Origin: Raillietiella orientalis
Lineage: Eukaryota
Assembly: GCA_036172245.1 (NCBI GenBank)
Contig: JAYWIR010000016.1
Span: 744,001-808,000 of the forward strand
Length of the DNA: 64,000 nt
Direction of reading: 5' to 3'
Of the stretch, positions 22,679 through 35,200 are shown in pieces (the first letter of the stretch is position 1; every line of letters begins with the position of its first letter). The notes under the pieces were generated by a model, which saw nothing but the letters and a program-made list of their open reading frames with translations, was not told where the DNA came from and made no database searches. The translations under genes and the position numbers were made by a program.

Positions 22679-24222
22679 CTACGAAAGCGAAAGCGCTGCA
22701 CCTTTTGCTGCAGAGTCCTCCCGAAGAAAGGCAGGAAATCCGAAATTCTTGCTGAGGATCTTAAGGAATGAAGCGAATTCGCAAAAAACTCTGCCCGTGG
22801 CGACTAAAGAGGTGACTCCCCCTTCACGAAGGAATTCGGTAGTCATCATGCTGAAATGAAGCCAAGAGCATAAGTGTACGACATCGAGCTGACACGGAAA
22901 TAAATCCACATACAAAAAACACACAGTTGCCTAAGCACATACAGTCCTTCCAATGACAATTCTGACGAAAGATGAGTCACCTGTTGAGGTTACTGATGAT
23001 GCCTTCACTCAAGGCGACAAACATTTTCTCCAGACTCAGAGCTGACTCGGTGATGCCGAGTACGGATGCTGAATCGGAACGATCGTGTCTTTCTGGGAAA
23101 ACTCTCGGAATCACTTTCATGTCTCCAGAGGAATGATTCCTTTCGGACAGTTCCTTGAGTCTCCTCCAAATTTTTTCTGCTGCGAACATGCACATTTTAC
23201 ATTCGAGGTGTACTCATACCTTCCGATACATCCACTTCAAACTCCTTCGTCCAGGCTTGCAACATTCTGACGAAAACGGAAATGACGTTACCACCATTAA
23301 GAGAGGCTGCCACGCAGAGGAAGGAGTACGGCTTGAAAAATGGGACTATTTCAACAGCCGGATTGTGCGAGAAATCGACTTTCCCGATGCTTTCCTCGTG
23401 AAGTGGAAAAGACACCTGTGCAGAAGTCGATATGTTGACCACAGCTTCGCCCTGCTTGTGGATCACGGAAAACACAGAACACTGTAGATCTCCGAGGGAC
23501 ACGTACACCGGCGTGTCTTCCGGTATCCCATGCCACTGGAACCTCAGTCTTCCTGCCACCTCACCTGCATCAGCAACTTTTGGCAGCAGGTGCATCGGGA
23601 ACCCAGCCTGAGCTAAGGAATCGGCGCAAAACTGCCTTTTCTCCGTATCAAAGAAACCAAAGCTGGCAGCCACTTGATCCGACATTGTGACTTCTTCCAG
23701 GTGGCACAGAGAGCTGATTACAAAGTCCATTATGGTTCCTGCCAGTTGGAAATCCTTCAAGAAGGCATGGCGGTGCTTATTCAACCAAAGAATCGTGCAA
23801 CAGCCATATCCGGATGCTAATTTGAATCCCGAATGTGGCAATTCGGACAAAAACGCGCTGTCACACCTCCGATCCTCCCATGTGTACAATGGCGACACAT
23901 CACAGCTTCCGACAGTGTGATTATTAGATATGCGATGCTGGGCCTCCCGTGTCCATAGCACCGCCCCATGCATCTGACCACAAACGGCAACCCTTTTCAC
24001 ATTCGTTAAGTGTTCGAAGGGAATCTCCGTCAAAACGGACTGCACAGCTTTCCAAATTTTTTCGACATTCTGTTCTTTGCCCTCCGGACCCAACTCAGAA
24101 GGAACGTAGGCGTTGGTGGCCTTCGTTGATTCCGCCACCGTGTTGAGTTGGTCATCTATCAGCACCACTTTGACGGACGTGGTGCCTAAATCGATGCCCA
24201 TAATACACGAAACTTCAGTCAT
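22679..24222 (-). CDS. SHPK: Sedoheptulokinase (FGGY carbohydrate kinase family), 3 coding exons, ~456 aa
   Basis: Exons 24222-23220, 23176-22981 (NAGNAG acceptor) and 22850-22679 join in frame. Motifs: GIDLGTTSVK, EQNVEKI, GQMHGAVLW, LYTWEDRRC, SGYGCCTILW, GTIMDFV, MSDQVAASFG, LGDLQCSV, VNISTSAQ, AASLNGGNV, ERH, AAKGAAL. Confidence 0.93.
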
Positions 24223-24944
24223 CTCTCCAAAATCAATGCTACTCCGATCTAACGGTGAGGTCCCGGCTCCTTCTTCCAAGAAAAAACCCGAATGCAAGAG
24301 CAGTGCTACCACCAATACTGCGTATGCCTATAAGTCTACGATGCCCAGAACGAAGGACAATGCTGCACTTGGCATAATAACAACATTTGGTAGTGAGAGA
24401 CGTAAAGGAATACCCATTCGGTCCATACTCATCAGGCGGGGGAGGGGCGTGGTTTTAGGGCAGGCGCTTGGAGTCGGACGTGGAAGAAATGATGACCTGG
24501 CGGTTTGAAGGTGTTCTTTCCAGCATTCGCTTACCTTTGAGAGCAAAAAACCATCACGCTTGACACCTAGAAACAGATGTTTGGTCATGCCGTTTCCAGC
24601 AGCACTGAACAAAACATGCGTCCGTTTTCAAACTCCTTCATTCGTTTCGTGCTTTCCTCGGGGATCCACGAGCGTACAAGAATTCGTACACGCAGCTTTC
24701 GAGCCCTACCCCCACGATTTTAACGTATCGAATCACAGTTTGTATAAAGTCGGTCCGAGCATACGGATTTCGACGTTCGAAATCCGTTCCAGGACACCCT
24801 TGCACGTATCACACGATGCCGGTTCCGAGCTTGCGACGGGAACAATAATACAAGAAGCTGGAAGGTTCCAGAAAACTCACGTGCACGGCATCACGTCGGA
24901 GACGCGGCGGCACACACGAGCCAAAAAGAACAAATTCCATCTCA

Positions 24945-25330
24945 TCACCACTGAGGCGAGCGGCACGTGGCACACTTGACGCCCTCGCGAGCGCATAGGG
25001 CGTAACAAACGCGGACGGGTAGCCGCGCAACAAGCGTGCCAGGAATGCACACGTTTTCCGTCGTGCGCTGCGCGCAACGCAGCTCTCGCGGCATACTGTG
25101 CACGGAAGACCTTCCACAGACTTCCCAAGGGAGATCACGACGGGAATGGCACAGCATCAGCACCGCGCAGGATGAGCCACACGGAACCGCCAAGAGAACG
25201 CGTTCGGTGCGACGCGGGCAACACTGCGACACCGTCCCGCCGCTTCCGGTGCGCGCGCGCGCGCCGGTGCAACAATGCGCTGGCCGTGGGGGGCACGCCG
25301 GCCGATCCCATCGGCTTCCCCTGACCAGGA
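24945..25330 (-). pseudogene. Frameshifted RING-finger gene relic (one complete-looking and one partial RING)
   Basis: Removing one base at 25175 gives QCCPRRTERVLLAVPCGHPARC*CCAIPVVISLGKSVEGLPCTVCRES. A second broken RING tail follows: RLL.G...VCYALCAREGVKCATCRSPQW*. Very CpG-rich, with a candidate acceptor (ctttcag) at 25551. Confidence 0.45.
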
Positions 25331-25680
25331 AAAAATCCGCCCCCTTGGGACGACACTCCGGGTCGCACCCCTTGGCCGGGGACGTCTGAGCTGGCCTCCG
25401 CCCGCCGAGCATTCGACGATCGAGGAATTCCACGGGGAACGGGAAGAGGAACGTGAACATCGTCGAACTACGCCCTGCAGGGGTACACCCATTCAGACGA
25501 GTTCCGATGCAGTCCACCAGATGGAAACGTGAACAAGGCGGGAGATGGCCTGAAAGCTCGAATATTATGTTACCCGCAGTTTCAACAGTAATTCGTAAAT
25601 CCAATTGATCTTTCAATATGATGTACACACACGTTCATTTCTCCAGTTTCAATCAGGTTACACCAATAGAAACTCATATG

Positions 25681-26370
25681 GTTTTTCACCCGGTTGTGAC
25701 AGGGGGGGAGGGGAGGGAGTTTATTTTAAAATGAAAAAAAAAAAAACATTTTCGTTAAACAAGGTTCCTTGTGGTTCAAAAATAAAAAACAGGAAAGAAA
25801 AAAAAAAAGGAAGGACCGGGGAAGGACTCGGGGACCACGCAGGGTAAGGAAGATTGTCTGCAGCGTCGAGGGGGCAGGGGGATGAATACATAAATAATAG
25901 ATAAGTGAGGATGGAGACATCGGGATTGCTGTCTCTCTTCTAGAGTCTCCGTGCCATGTTGGTGACTACTCGCTGACTCCCACTTTCAGGTGACGTCGCC
26001 TGCATGCTTTCTTCAGCAAGTGCATAGCATAGAATAGCGAGCACCGGGCCGTGAGGATGCTGCGGATGCAACACGACGTCGCAATCACCGCGGCAGGGTT
26101 GAGAGCCCCTCTGGCTTCAAGAACCGATGCAGCAGCTCGGCTGGCACATCCTCAGGATTCAGGAGAGCTCAAGCCAGCCGCTCCCACAGAGTTCGTCAAG
26201 TGGGAGAGCCATTCGATCGCCCCACAGCTCCTACACTCGGGAGAGATGCTCCCCGTAGTCCCGTGGTGTATTGCTCGTTGCAGGGGAGACCCCAGTGCAA
26301 GAGAAGCATCACGTCGCATTGGCAACGGAGAGGGGGGATTCTCATAAGATTGGGATCTTCCGGGTACTTA
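25681..26370 (-). mobile_element. 5'-truncated decayed copy of the same LINE 3' end
   Basis: IPPLRCQCDVMLLLHWGLPCNE matches LPLKWQETALLLLHWGLPCNA of the 16941 ORF. T-rich 3' UTR, AATAAA at 25725-25720, ending GGGTGAAAAAC at 25681. Confidence 0.7.
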
Positions 26371-29215
26371 TCAACCCTGCTAATACGAATCACCCAATGA
26401 AACAGAATAGCCACCACTGAAAAATTATTAACAAGGGTGACAAAACACACAAAAGATATTCAGGTATGTATTTTCAGATACAAGACTAAAATGGATAATT
26501 AGAAATGAATAAAATTGTTGTTGTTGTTGCAAGTAAAGAAGCCTTGTAGATACTACACACTGAAATACCAACTGAATACGATTCCTACGTTCAGCTTGCA
26601 GTGAATGCAGTACGGCAATTTATGAAAAGAGCGTCGAAAATTCCTTGGCATTTCCGTGAGTAAATACTGGTTAGCAGTAATAGCATCCATTCAGAAGGAA
26701 GACGCGTTTCAGACAGGAAAAACTCGAACACAGTAATGGCGTTTCGATATTGATTGCATCTGTTAAATGCTCTCTAAACAGCGGAAAGCTTGTAGAAGTG
26801 TTTTTCTTTTCTTGACTGCAGCGGAAGATCGGGACACTCCATACACCTTTTCGTTCTTTGAGACTCCAGAATTCAGTGATCTATAGAAATGCAGCTGTCA
26901 TGTATTTGTTGAATGACTGTCCCTCAGTCATGGGGAACCTGAGACCCTTATTTTGTTTTTCTGTGACCCTCGAAAATTTTTTTAAACAGAAATTAACTTC
27001 CTCACTATAAAGCAATTGTAAATCTACTGATAGATGATGGACTGGCAAAATGAGAAAGCATTGATATCGCGTAAAAAAAATAATAATAATTAAATTTCAA
27101 GAAGCTAGCATTTGTTTCGAGCAAAATTATGACCTCTTAAAACATCTCTTAAAACAATATATGGCCACCGTGACAAAAACATTATCGATTTAGATACACC
27201 CATTTAAAGTCTTATGAAGATAGCTGTCGAAATCTGGCAACATAGAACCTTGCCCTGTTAGCTATTAGGTGCATTAATGGAATTATCATTTCTGTCTAGA
27301 ACGGAGGACTTGCATTCTTTCCACTATGACATAGATTGTCTACTCATCAATGATACTTAAAAATAGCTTGGAAAATAAAGAATAATACTGTCAATCTGTA
27401 TTAATACACAAACAAGAGATTTCACAGTTTTCTACTTTTCGACGTGACCGATTTAACCTAGTCTCACTCCTTCAAGCACCTTACCAGAAACTTTCGTCGT
27501 ATCGCAATGTGATCCTTCGTCTTCGCTGTTCTCGCTGTGCTTTCCACAGTCGAGCTTTTATGCATCTGAAAAAATCTAGTTAACCATGTCAGGAGTACAC
27601 AGCTCAGTAGAGGGAACGAAACTCTCCAACGCCTCATCCAAATAAGTGTTTGTTCTTCTAATAGGATGTGGAAAAGCACTGTCATACTCATGTCGTATTC
27701 ATGTGATGAACTTGGGTATGTACTTTTTGAATCCATACGAAATTTAGAGATGCAGTTTCCATCAGATTTATACGGTAGTCTTAGTCCTCAAATCTTTCCA
27801 CAAAAGTACTTTAAAATGAAATTCACATTTGACCAGCATAATTTCATATTTTCGAATTTCGAAACACGTTTTTGTGACATTATTCTAAAGGTCAACGCTT
27901 TGTTTTAGGGTCATCATGGGACATCACAAGATATTACCTGCGAATATCTGACAAACAAAAAAGTCTGCTTCGGTTGTACTAATAAAACATGAAAAAGGAA
28001 AGCATGAAATACTGCTGCAGCAGAATTGCTACTTAAAAAATCAAGGTGATCTCACAATGATGGCCATCAATAGGATAATAGCCAGATGATGGCCAATAAC
28101 ACAGTCGAACTATGATTCATAATTTTGCAAGAAATCCTCGAACATGGACTCAAATCTTTAAGGGACTCTGCAGATGTCTGCAAAGAAAATGTCAGGGAAT
28201 GGCTTCCCATTTGAAATATTTATACAAGTAAGTAAGGGAAATTCTATTTCTAATGACATTCCATTTATCACACCAAACATGCCTTCGCTGATGCATACTC
28301 CCAGTTTCCTATGGATTACCATAGTGCTTGTTCCGTTCATCGGCTTTGATGCAACGCGGTGCTCTACATGACCGCTACTTCAAAATCCGAATTCAACACA
28401 ATAATAAAGGTCGAAACTCTTATTATAGGAATTCTAAAAGAACGTGAGCTATAAGAAAAATTATTAGTGATATAACATTAAAGTTGTAATTTATAAGTAG
28501 TAGTATTGCAGAAAAGTGTGTCACTGTTCTATTATTTGATTGTATGTGACACTTCTCGGAATAAGTGGATTGAAGTGAAGCAATAACTGGAAATAGTTGC
28601 AAAATTATAAGTTTCAGTACCTGTTTTTTCTTAGATACAACAAGCTTCTAGATCAAGCATACCAAATTGTCAGCACTCACAAAATTAATTTCCAAATCCT
28701 TATCAAATATCCGTCAATGGACTAATCTGAAACTTGAAGGAAAAAAAAAAAAGGCATTCTATTTGAAAATGCATTCAGAAAGCAGAGATTTTTTTAACCG
28801 AGCTTTCTCAGTAAATAATATTAAAAAAATGCATTCAAGATAATTTTATTGAGAATAACTTTTTTTGAGTGAGAATTTTGTTGGAATGTCTTGTTTGTTT
28901 TTCATAAAAGTCTTGGATTGCTTGCGCAAGTAGCTCTATAACAGAATTTATTCCATGAGAAATTGTGACAGTTTTTATCGCACTCGGTAACACTACGTAG
29001 TGACTGCGAAAGTAATATTTTGAAGCAGTTCATGTACATGATGTAATTGATTTATCAGATGTTAAGTGTACTAGCAATTCCTTTTCTGAAAATTAGGTCT
29101 TATTAGTTTCTTGTATAATTTTCATCGTGTTCCCCATTATGTGCTACAAAAGTAAGGTGATTATTATGTTATATTCTCCTCATTAAGTTAACAATAAAGT
29201 TGCATACTTGAAAGT

Positions 29216-32200
29216 ATGTCAGAAAAGTTTAAGATTGGTGACCGTGTTGTTGTAACCGGTAAAGATGTTAAAGGAACCATAGCCTTCATTGGAAATACAG
29301 ATTTCGCGAATGGAAACTGGATTGGAGTTGAGTTGGATGAGCCTAAAGGGAAAAACAATGGATCCGTCGGTGGAAAAACATATTTTGAGGTTGCCAGAAA
29401 CGAAGCATTGATGTCTAAACACATTAAATTGTGTTTTAGTGCAAAGAAAACTATGGATTATTTGTACGACAGGTCCAAGTAGCAAAAATGGAACTGGATG
29501 ATTCTAGCACATTTCCAGTTTCTGAAACGCATCCGTCGAATGTTGCTGCAAATAATAAAAAGAGGTATGTTTAATATGGTGAATAATTTTATTTTTCGGT
29601 CTTTGATTGTTTTCCATGTTGTTTATGAAGTGGATTTCAAATGTAGAGTATCCGAATAAAATATTCTGAATCATTAATTGTCAAAAGTATGTATGCAATA
29701 AGTATTTCTGTTTTTTTTAAAGAGGTTTAGTTTGATAAACAAAAAAAAATTGTGTTCTGCCGTTTTCAATCATGGCAAGTATGTGTGCCCAATTTTTGTG
29801 TTAGTTAGCCATAACTTTCAGATGAATTTGATAGTAAATTGAACATTCAAAATTTCATACATCATTAATTAATGATCACTCCCTTCACCACATCTCGGGT
29901 CAGTAATTAGTTGGGGTGACAGAATTTTCAAAGTTTCACCATAAATGAGAAATTAATTAAAGATTTCCATAAGAATACTTATAAACATTTGACAAAACAA
30001 CTGCTTATTAGCAATTGTTCCCTCAAATGCTTTTATTAGAAGTGCTCATTAGAAAACCAGAAAGTGATTTCATTATCTATATGTACAAATTTTAAGTTCT
30101 GTGTAATGCTTCATTGGTTTTAATTTGAAATTTTCCAAAGTTAGCTGTTTGTGCAGCATAATAGGATTAAGCAAAATATTGTGAAATATCAGTTGCCTTG
30201 TGAAGTTCCGCCAAACATTAATATGCTTTTCTTTTTAGTACGTCTCCTTCACATATGGATGAAACTGAAAACCAAGTTGGTAGTGGTGATTCTAAAACAC
30301 TGTCAAGATTTTCTTTAATAAATAAAAAATCTTTTATGGAAGTATGTATACAGCAAATCTTTCATTCTATATGATTTTTTATATAGTCTTTATAAAAAGA
30401 GTTTGAAGTTTTAAAAGTAATATAATTACAATCCGGGCATTTTTAATTTTGTTTTTTTTTTTTAACTGAAAGCACAAATATTTGGACATGTCAAACAGTT
30501 GAAATTTTTATTAATGTGGTGTTTATTGTTGTTATAATATTGACTTGCGTCAAGAAACCACTTCAGTTTCTCGAAAAATTACTATAATTTCACTGCATTC
30601 TTATGTAGTAGAAGGAAGTTGTGATGGCTATGCTCATTTGCAAGCTAATTTCAACAGCACATGTCCAATGTGCCAACATAAGTGTGTATTTGAATAGACA
30701 CCACATATTAAATATGTTTCAAGAAAAAATCAGTGTTTTTTTATGCTGCAGATAAAAGGAAAAAAAATATGCTAAAAATTTTTTGGGAATACATGAAATA
30801 AAACTGATGAATAAAACTCACACTGTTAAAAGAGGAAACTAAATAAAGTGGCTTAGAAATGATTGTTAATGGGCTTGGTAAATTATGATCATCTTCTAGT
30901 AGTGCATGAACCATCAAAAAAAAAAAAAAAAGTAATCTGGGTACCGATGCAGAAGTACATAGGATATGTAACTCCAGCTAGGCATACACTCTAACTAGAG
31001 AAAGAAATTTGGCATGAATACCCTAAGTAAACACTGTGGGAAATAAATGTAAAATTAGAATGCGGAAATGTAGGTCTTTTTAGTTGAGTACTGAATTGAA
31101 AATGTCTGTATCATTGGATTCTTTGGAAAACATCGTAGTTAGGTAAGCAAAAATGTAGTACAGTTGGATTAATCAACAGCGAGATAAGATTTCTCTGAAT
31201 AGAATTCAAAGCATGCATTATATGTTTGGTACATTTCATTAATTTTGGATTTAATGAAATTAGTAACAATAATTTGAAAACAAGTAAACATCAATAGACA
31301 GGATTAGAGAATTTTTCAAATTTTCAAGTGATCATGTAAAGAGACAACAAGATATTCAAGATAGATTTCTATCCTTAAGATATCAATTTCCATTAAGTCC
31401 TTCGAGATGTGAATCCAAAGTTTCATAGTCCCCCTTGATGTGTGTTAAAAAAATTCATTTCTGGGGAATTGGAGATATGCTGAGAAGTTGGTGTTCTTCA
31501 AGCAAATTAGGTTGCTGTTATATTATTAATTCTCAGGTTATTAGGAGGTTTAAAGTAGAAAGATTTTAGAAAAATTGTTGTTTGTTATTCTCTAAGGAAT
31601 TTTATTTGTCATTGAACTTGTGATGTATGTGTAATGGAATCTTGCTGAAAGTATGTAAAGCTACATTTTGGATTGAGTATTCATCTGTGTGAAGCAGATG
31701 CACAGAAAAAATCGCTGCAGAAGTAACAGCTCAGTAACTTAAAACGTAGATTAGATGAGAAGAGGGAATTAGTGGACAATATTATTTGTTTTATGTTAGA
31801 AACATCCCTCATAAATGGATGGGAACTCAAAATAGGTTTGCCTTGAATGTTTAAAAAAAACAATACAAGTCCACTCTTTTATAAAAAACAAATTTAATGA
31901 ATTCTAAATTTGTGGGAAATTAGGAATGTGATACTTATGCAGCAGAATAAAGCACCAGCATTAAATCTGACTCTAATTTCTTAGCTTTAAAGTGTTTGGT
32001 AATCATATACTAGGTAGGTAATTCAGTGAAAAGCAAGTAAATTAGCAGTTAAAACTCTGTACCATTCAGTAATACTCTGTCATTGATTAGCATTCCGAGT
32101 TTTCAAAAGGCATTTAAAGTTGCAGTATTTTATTTATTTTTATCGCAGTTGAAATTTTCGATAGCTCAATTTTGAACACCATACGCCAGATATTCCGTAA

Positions 32201-35200
32201 GGATACTGTTATGCAAAACAAAACGGATACATAATTATAAGTATTGTATCCTCATTTTTCAAAAGAAACCATACATAAATACATAATTATACATAAACCA
32301 TACATGATTTTTCAAAAGAAACCAAACATAGGATTTACTCCAAGGCACTGCAGCAACTTCAGTGAATTAGGTATTCACTATTAAAACAACTGTTCATAGA
32401 AAGAGAAAACACGTTCTACGTTCGAGCATTATAAATCAAATTGCAGTTTTGGCGTTATATGGATCAAATAAGCTTCAATGTCAGGACTGCCCATCATTCA
32501 TATATTTTGTCATGTGGAATGATTTGAAATACATGAAGTCAGTTAGTTTGAGAAGACAGTTTATTAAGGATGCAAGCCATCAATACCAGAATCAGCAATC
32601 TTGTGTTACTGGTGTTTCCTATACAAACCATAGCACAGCAAAAAAAAAAAATTTGCAAACATTACTTAGAGAACCTAGAGTGCAATATAAGGAATAAACT
32701 TGTTATTCTTGGTTTTGTAATTGTGATAATCATATAAGGTGTAATTTCAAATAATCTTCATAAAACAATATCTTCCTTTAAAAAACAACCTAGTTGTTCA
32801 ATGCTTTATTGCTTTGATTTTTAAGTTTTGAATTTTATGTTAGATATCCGCATACTGATTCAGTTTATCTGTCATTATAGGAAGGTTTCATGGAAACGTT
32901 AAACACTTTTTATGTTCCTGGAACACAGCAGATACCTAGTATCCCCACTGAATGTTCAGTAGAAATACATAAAGAATTAGAAAGGTTAAGATCAGAAAAT
33001 GAAGATCTTCTGGGTAAAATCAAAATCTTAAAAAGTAAGCTAAATATTCCTTATTGATTTGTGCATATTTTTTGTGAGGGTTATAACAATAACTTTTTAA
33101 GCTGTTCAACAGGGTGAACTATTTTAATGGTGACTGATCTGGAAATTTGATTTCGTTTTTTTTCTTGCAATGACAAAAGACAAATGAACTGATGTGTATC
33201 ATTTTTAGGAATTATTCAAATTATTGAACTTCTATTTGTTTCAGATAAACAGATGGAAGATAAAGATTATTTTAAGCAAAATGAGAAGCTGAAGATTCAG
33301 TTAGATCAACTGCTAGAATTTAAATCAAAAATCTTGGAGTCCCAGTCCCAGTTGAAGAAACAAGTCCACCGAGATAAGCAGGAAATTTCCCATCTCTTGC
33401 AAGAAAAAGAGAAGCATGTACAAGAAATGCAGGAGATGATTGAAACTGTTGAGTTAGCTGTTCTTGACAAAGAAATGGCAGAAGAAAAAGTTAGTATCTA
33501 ACAATTGCCTAAATTATGATTGATATTAGCTTGAAAATTTACAAGGTGAATTAGAACAAGCTAATGAGAAAATAGAAGAATTGAAATCAACTATCAAACT
33601 TATGCAAACAGAGCTTGAAAAAAGCCCTGGTGATAACAGTAGTTCACCCTTCCAGGTACAACAATTAGAACAGCAAAATGATCGGCTTAAAGAAACTCTA
33701 TTGAAGTAAGAATGTATAGTTTAAATCAGATAAGATTAACATATTTTAGTTTAAATCAGATAAGATTAACATATTTTAGTTTAAATCAGATAAAATCAGC
33801 ATATTTAATGATTTTTAAATTAGGCTTCAAATTTAGTGATGTGTATGAGTTAAATAAATTTTTTGAGTCCTCCTTGCAATGTATTGACGCAGGTTGCGGG
33901 ATTATGCTGCTCATGAAAAGCATGAATATTCAAAATTGCAAAAGGAACGAGATCAACTCAGTGTCGAGGTTTTAGAATTAAAAAGAAAAAATGAGAATTT
34001 CGGAACTGAGATTGTCAAACTGGAAGAAACTGTTAGTGAGCTCCAAGAACAAGTAAGGCTTCGGTACATGTACTTTTTTTAATCAGTAATATATATTGTT
34101 TACAAATTTACTGGGAAATGAAAACTGTTTTAGGTAGATGCTGCTCTTGGCTCAGAAGAAATGGTAGAGCAGTTGACAAATAAAAATTTGGCTTTGGAAG
34201 AAAAAATACAGCAGCTTATGGAAACAGTAGCAGATCTGGAAACATTACATGAGATGAATGAAGAATTGCAAGAGACCTGTCGTGAAACGGAATTAGAACT
34301 CAGAGATGAATTAATGCTTAAGCAAAAAAAGATTTCAGAGGTAGATTGTAGGATGGGAGTCGAGATTGCAAATTCAGACCTGAAAATTAGCTGATTCGCG
34401 AAAAGGAAGCAAACCAGGAATTAATCGGTGATCAAGAGCAAACAATAATCAAGTTTCGTGAACTTGTCTCAACACTTCAAAACCAAAATAAAGATCTTAG
34501 GGAAACTCTTGTAAAAGAGACTCAAAAGCCACTCAGCAGTTCTTTACAAAAAGTTGACTTTAAGGTAATGCGCACTGATTATGCTTGCAATAATCAGAAA
34601 TATGCAGATGAAACTAGCTGAAACTAAAGCCTACTCTAAAGCCATTGATGTGGAACTTCGCAAGCTGGAAGTCAGTCAGTGTCAACTGCACATAAAATAT
34701 ATGTTGGCATATATGCCAGACAGTTTTATGGTCCAGGGAGGTAAGTGCATTTCTAAACTATTCCCATCTGTAAGAAACGGTTATGTAGGTGATCAAGAAG
34801 CACTAATGCTCGTGCTAGCATTGCCCCGTTTGTTACATAAAGTGAACATCATATGTATTTATGTGCAAGAAAAGTTCCCAAAGTCTAAGGCAGTTATTGA
34901 TGCTTCAGTATTCGAAAATCATGGTGTAGATCAGTATAGCTTCACTTGTCTTATGCTTTGCCTTCTATACTCCTTGCAAGTGAGCATAATTTTTTTCCCC
35001 CCATATTGTGCTTATCCTTTTTGAAATCAATTTTATGTGGAAGCTACTCATTTAACATTGCAGGCTACCTTGCATACACTGGATATGTTTTTACAATCCT
35101 GTACTGTAGAAGTTTATCTTACTTTGGGTGCTTTATATCCTGAAGTGCAAGCAAAAGAAAAACTGTTAAATCACTATTTGGAGCTGCTACGAAGTGATCA

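Noticed and set aside
8307..24222. Horizontal transfer or contamination explanation for the GC-rich UGT and SHPK genes
   Set aside because: Both have spliceosomal introns of the same very short class as the AT-rich genes, and the UGT has the metazoan signal peptide plus TM architecture.
25378..25500. RNase P RNA-like motifs on the + strand: GGGGACGTCTGAG (cf. CR-I GGGAAGGTCTGAG) and ACCCATTCAGACGA (cf. CR-V ACCCAATTCAGACTA), able to form a P4-like helix
   Set aside because: Both motifs deviate at conserved positions, they are under 100 nt apart (too close for a metazoan RNase P RNA), and no CR-II/III/IV or P1 closing helix is evident. A cmsearch with the nuclear RNase P model would settle it.
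24923..25548. Possible ~625-nt Pol III structured RNA on the minus strand (5' CCATCTC pairing with 3' GAGATGG followed by TTTTT), e.g. 7SK or telomerase RNA
   Set aside because: No 7SK terminal hairpin architecture, no TTAGG-type template and no recognisable PSE/TATA. The 5' boundary looks like a splice acceptor and the interior is better explained as a RING-coding relic.
33717..33806. 30-bp repeats considered as a CRISPR array
   Set aside because: Repeats are contiguous without spacers, intronic in a eukaryotic gene, and no cas genes are present.
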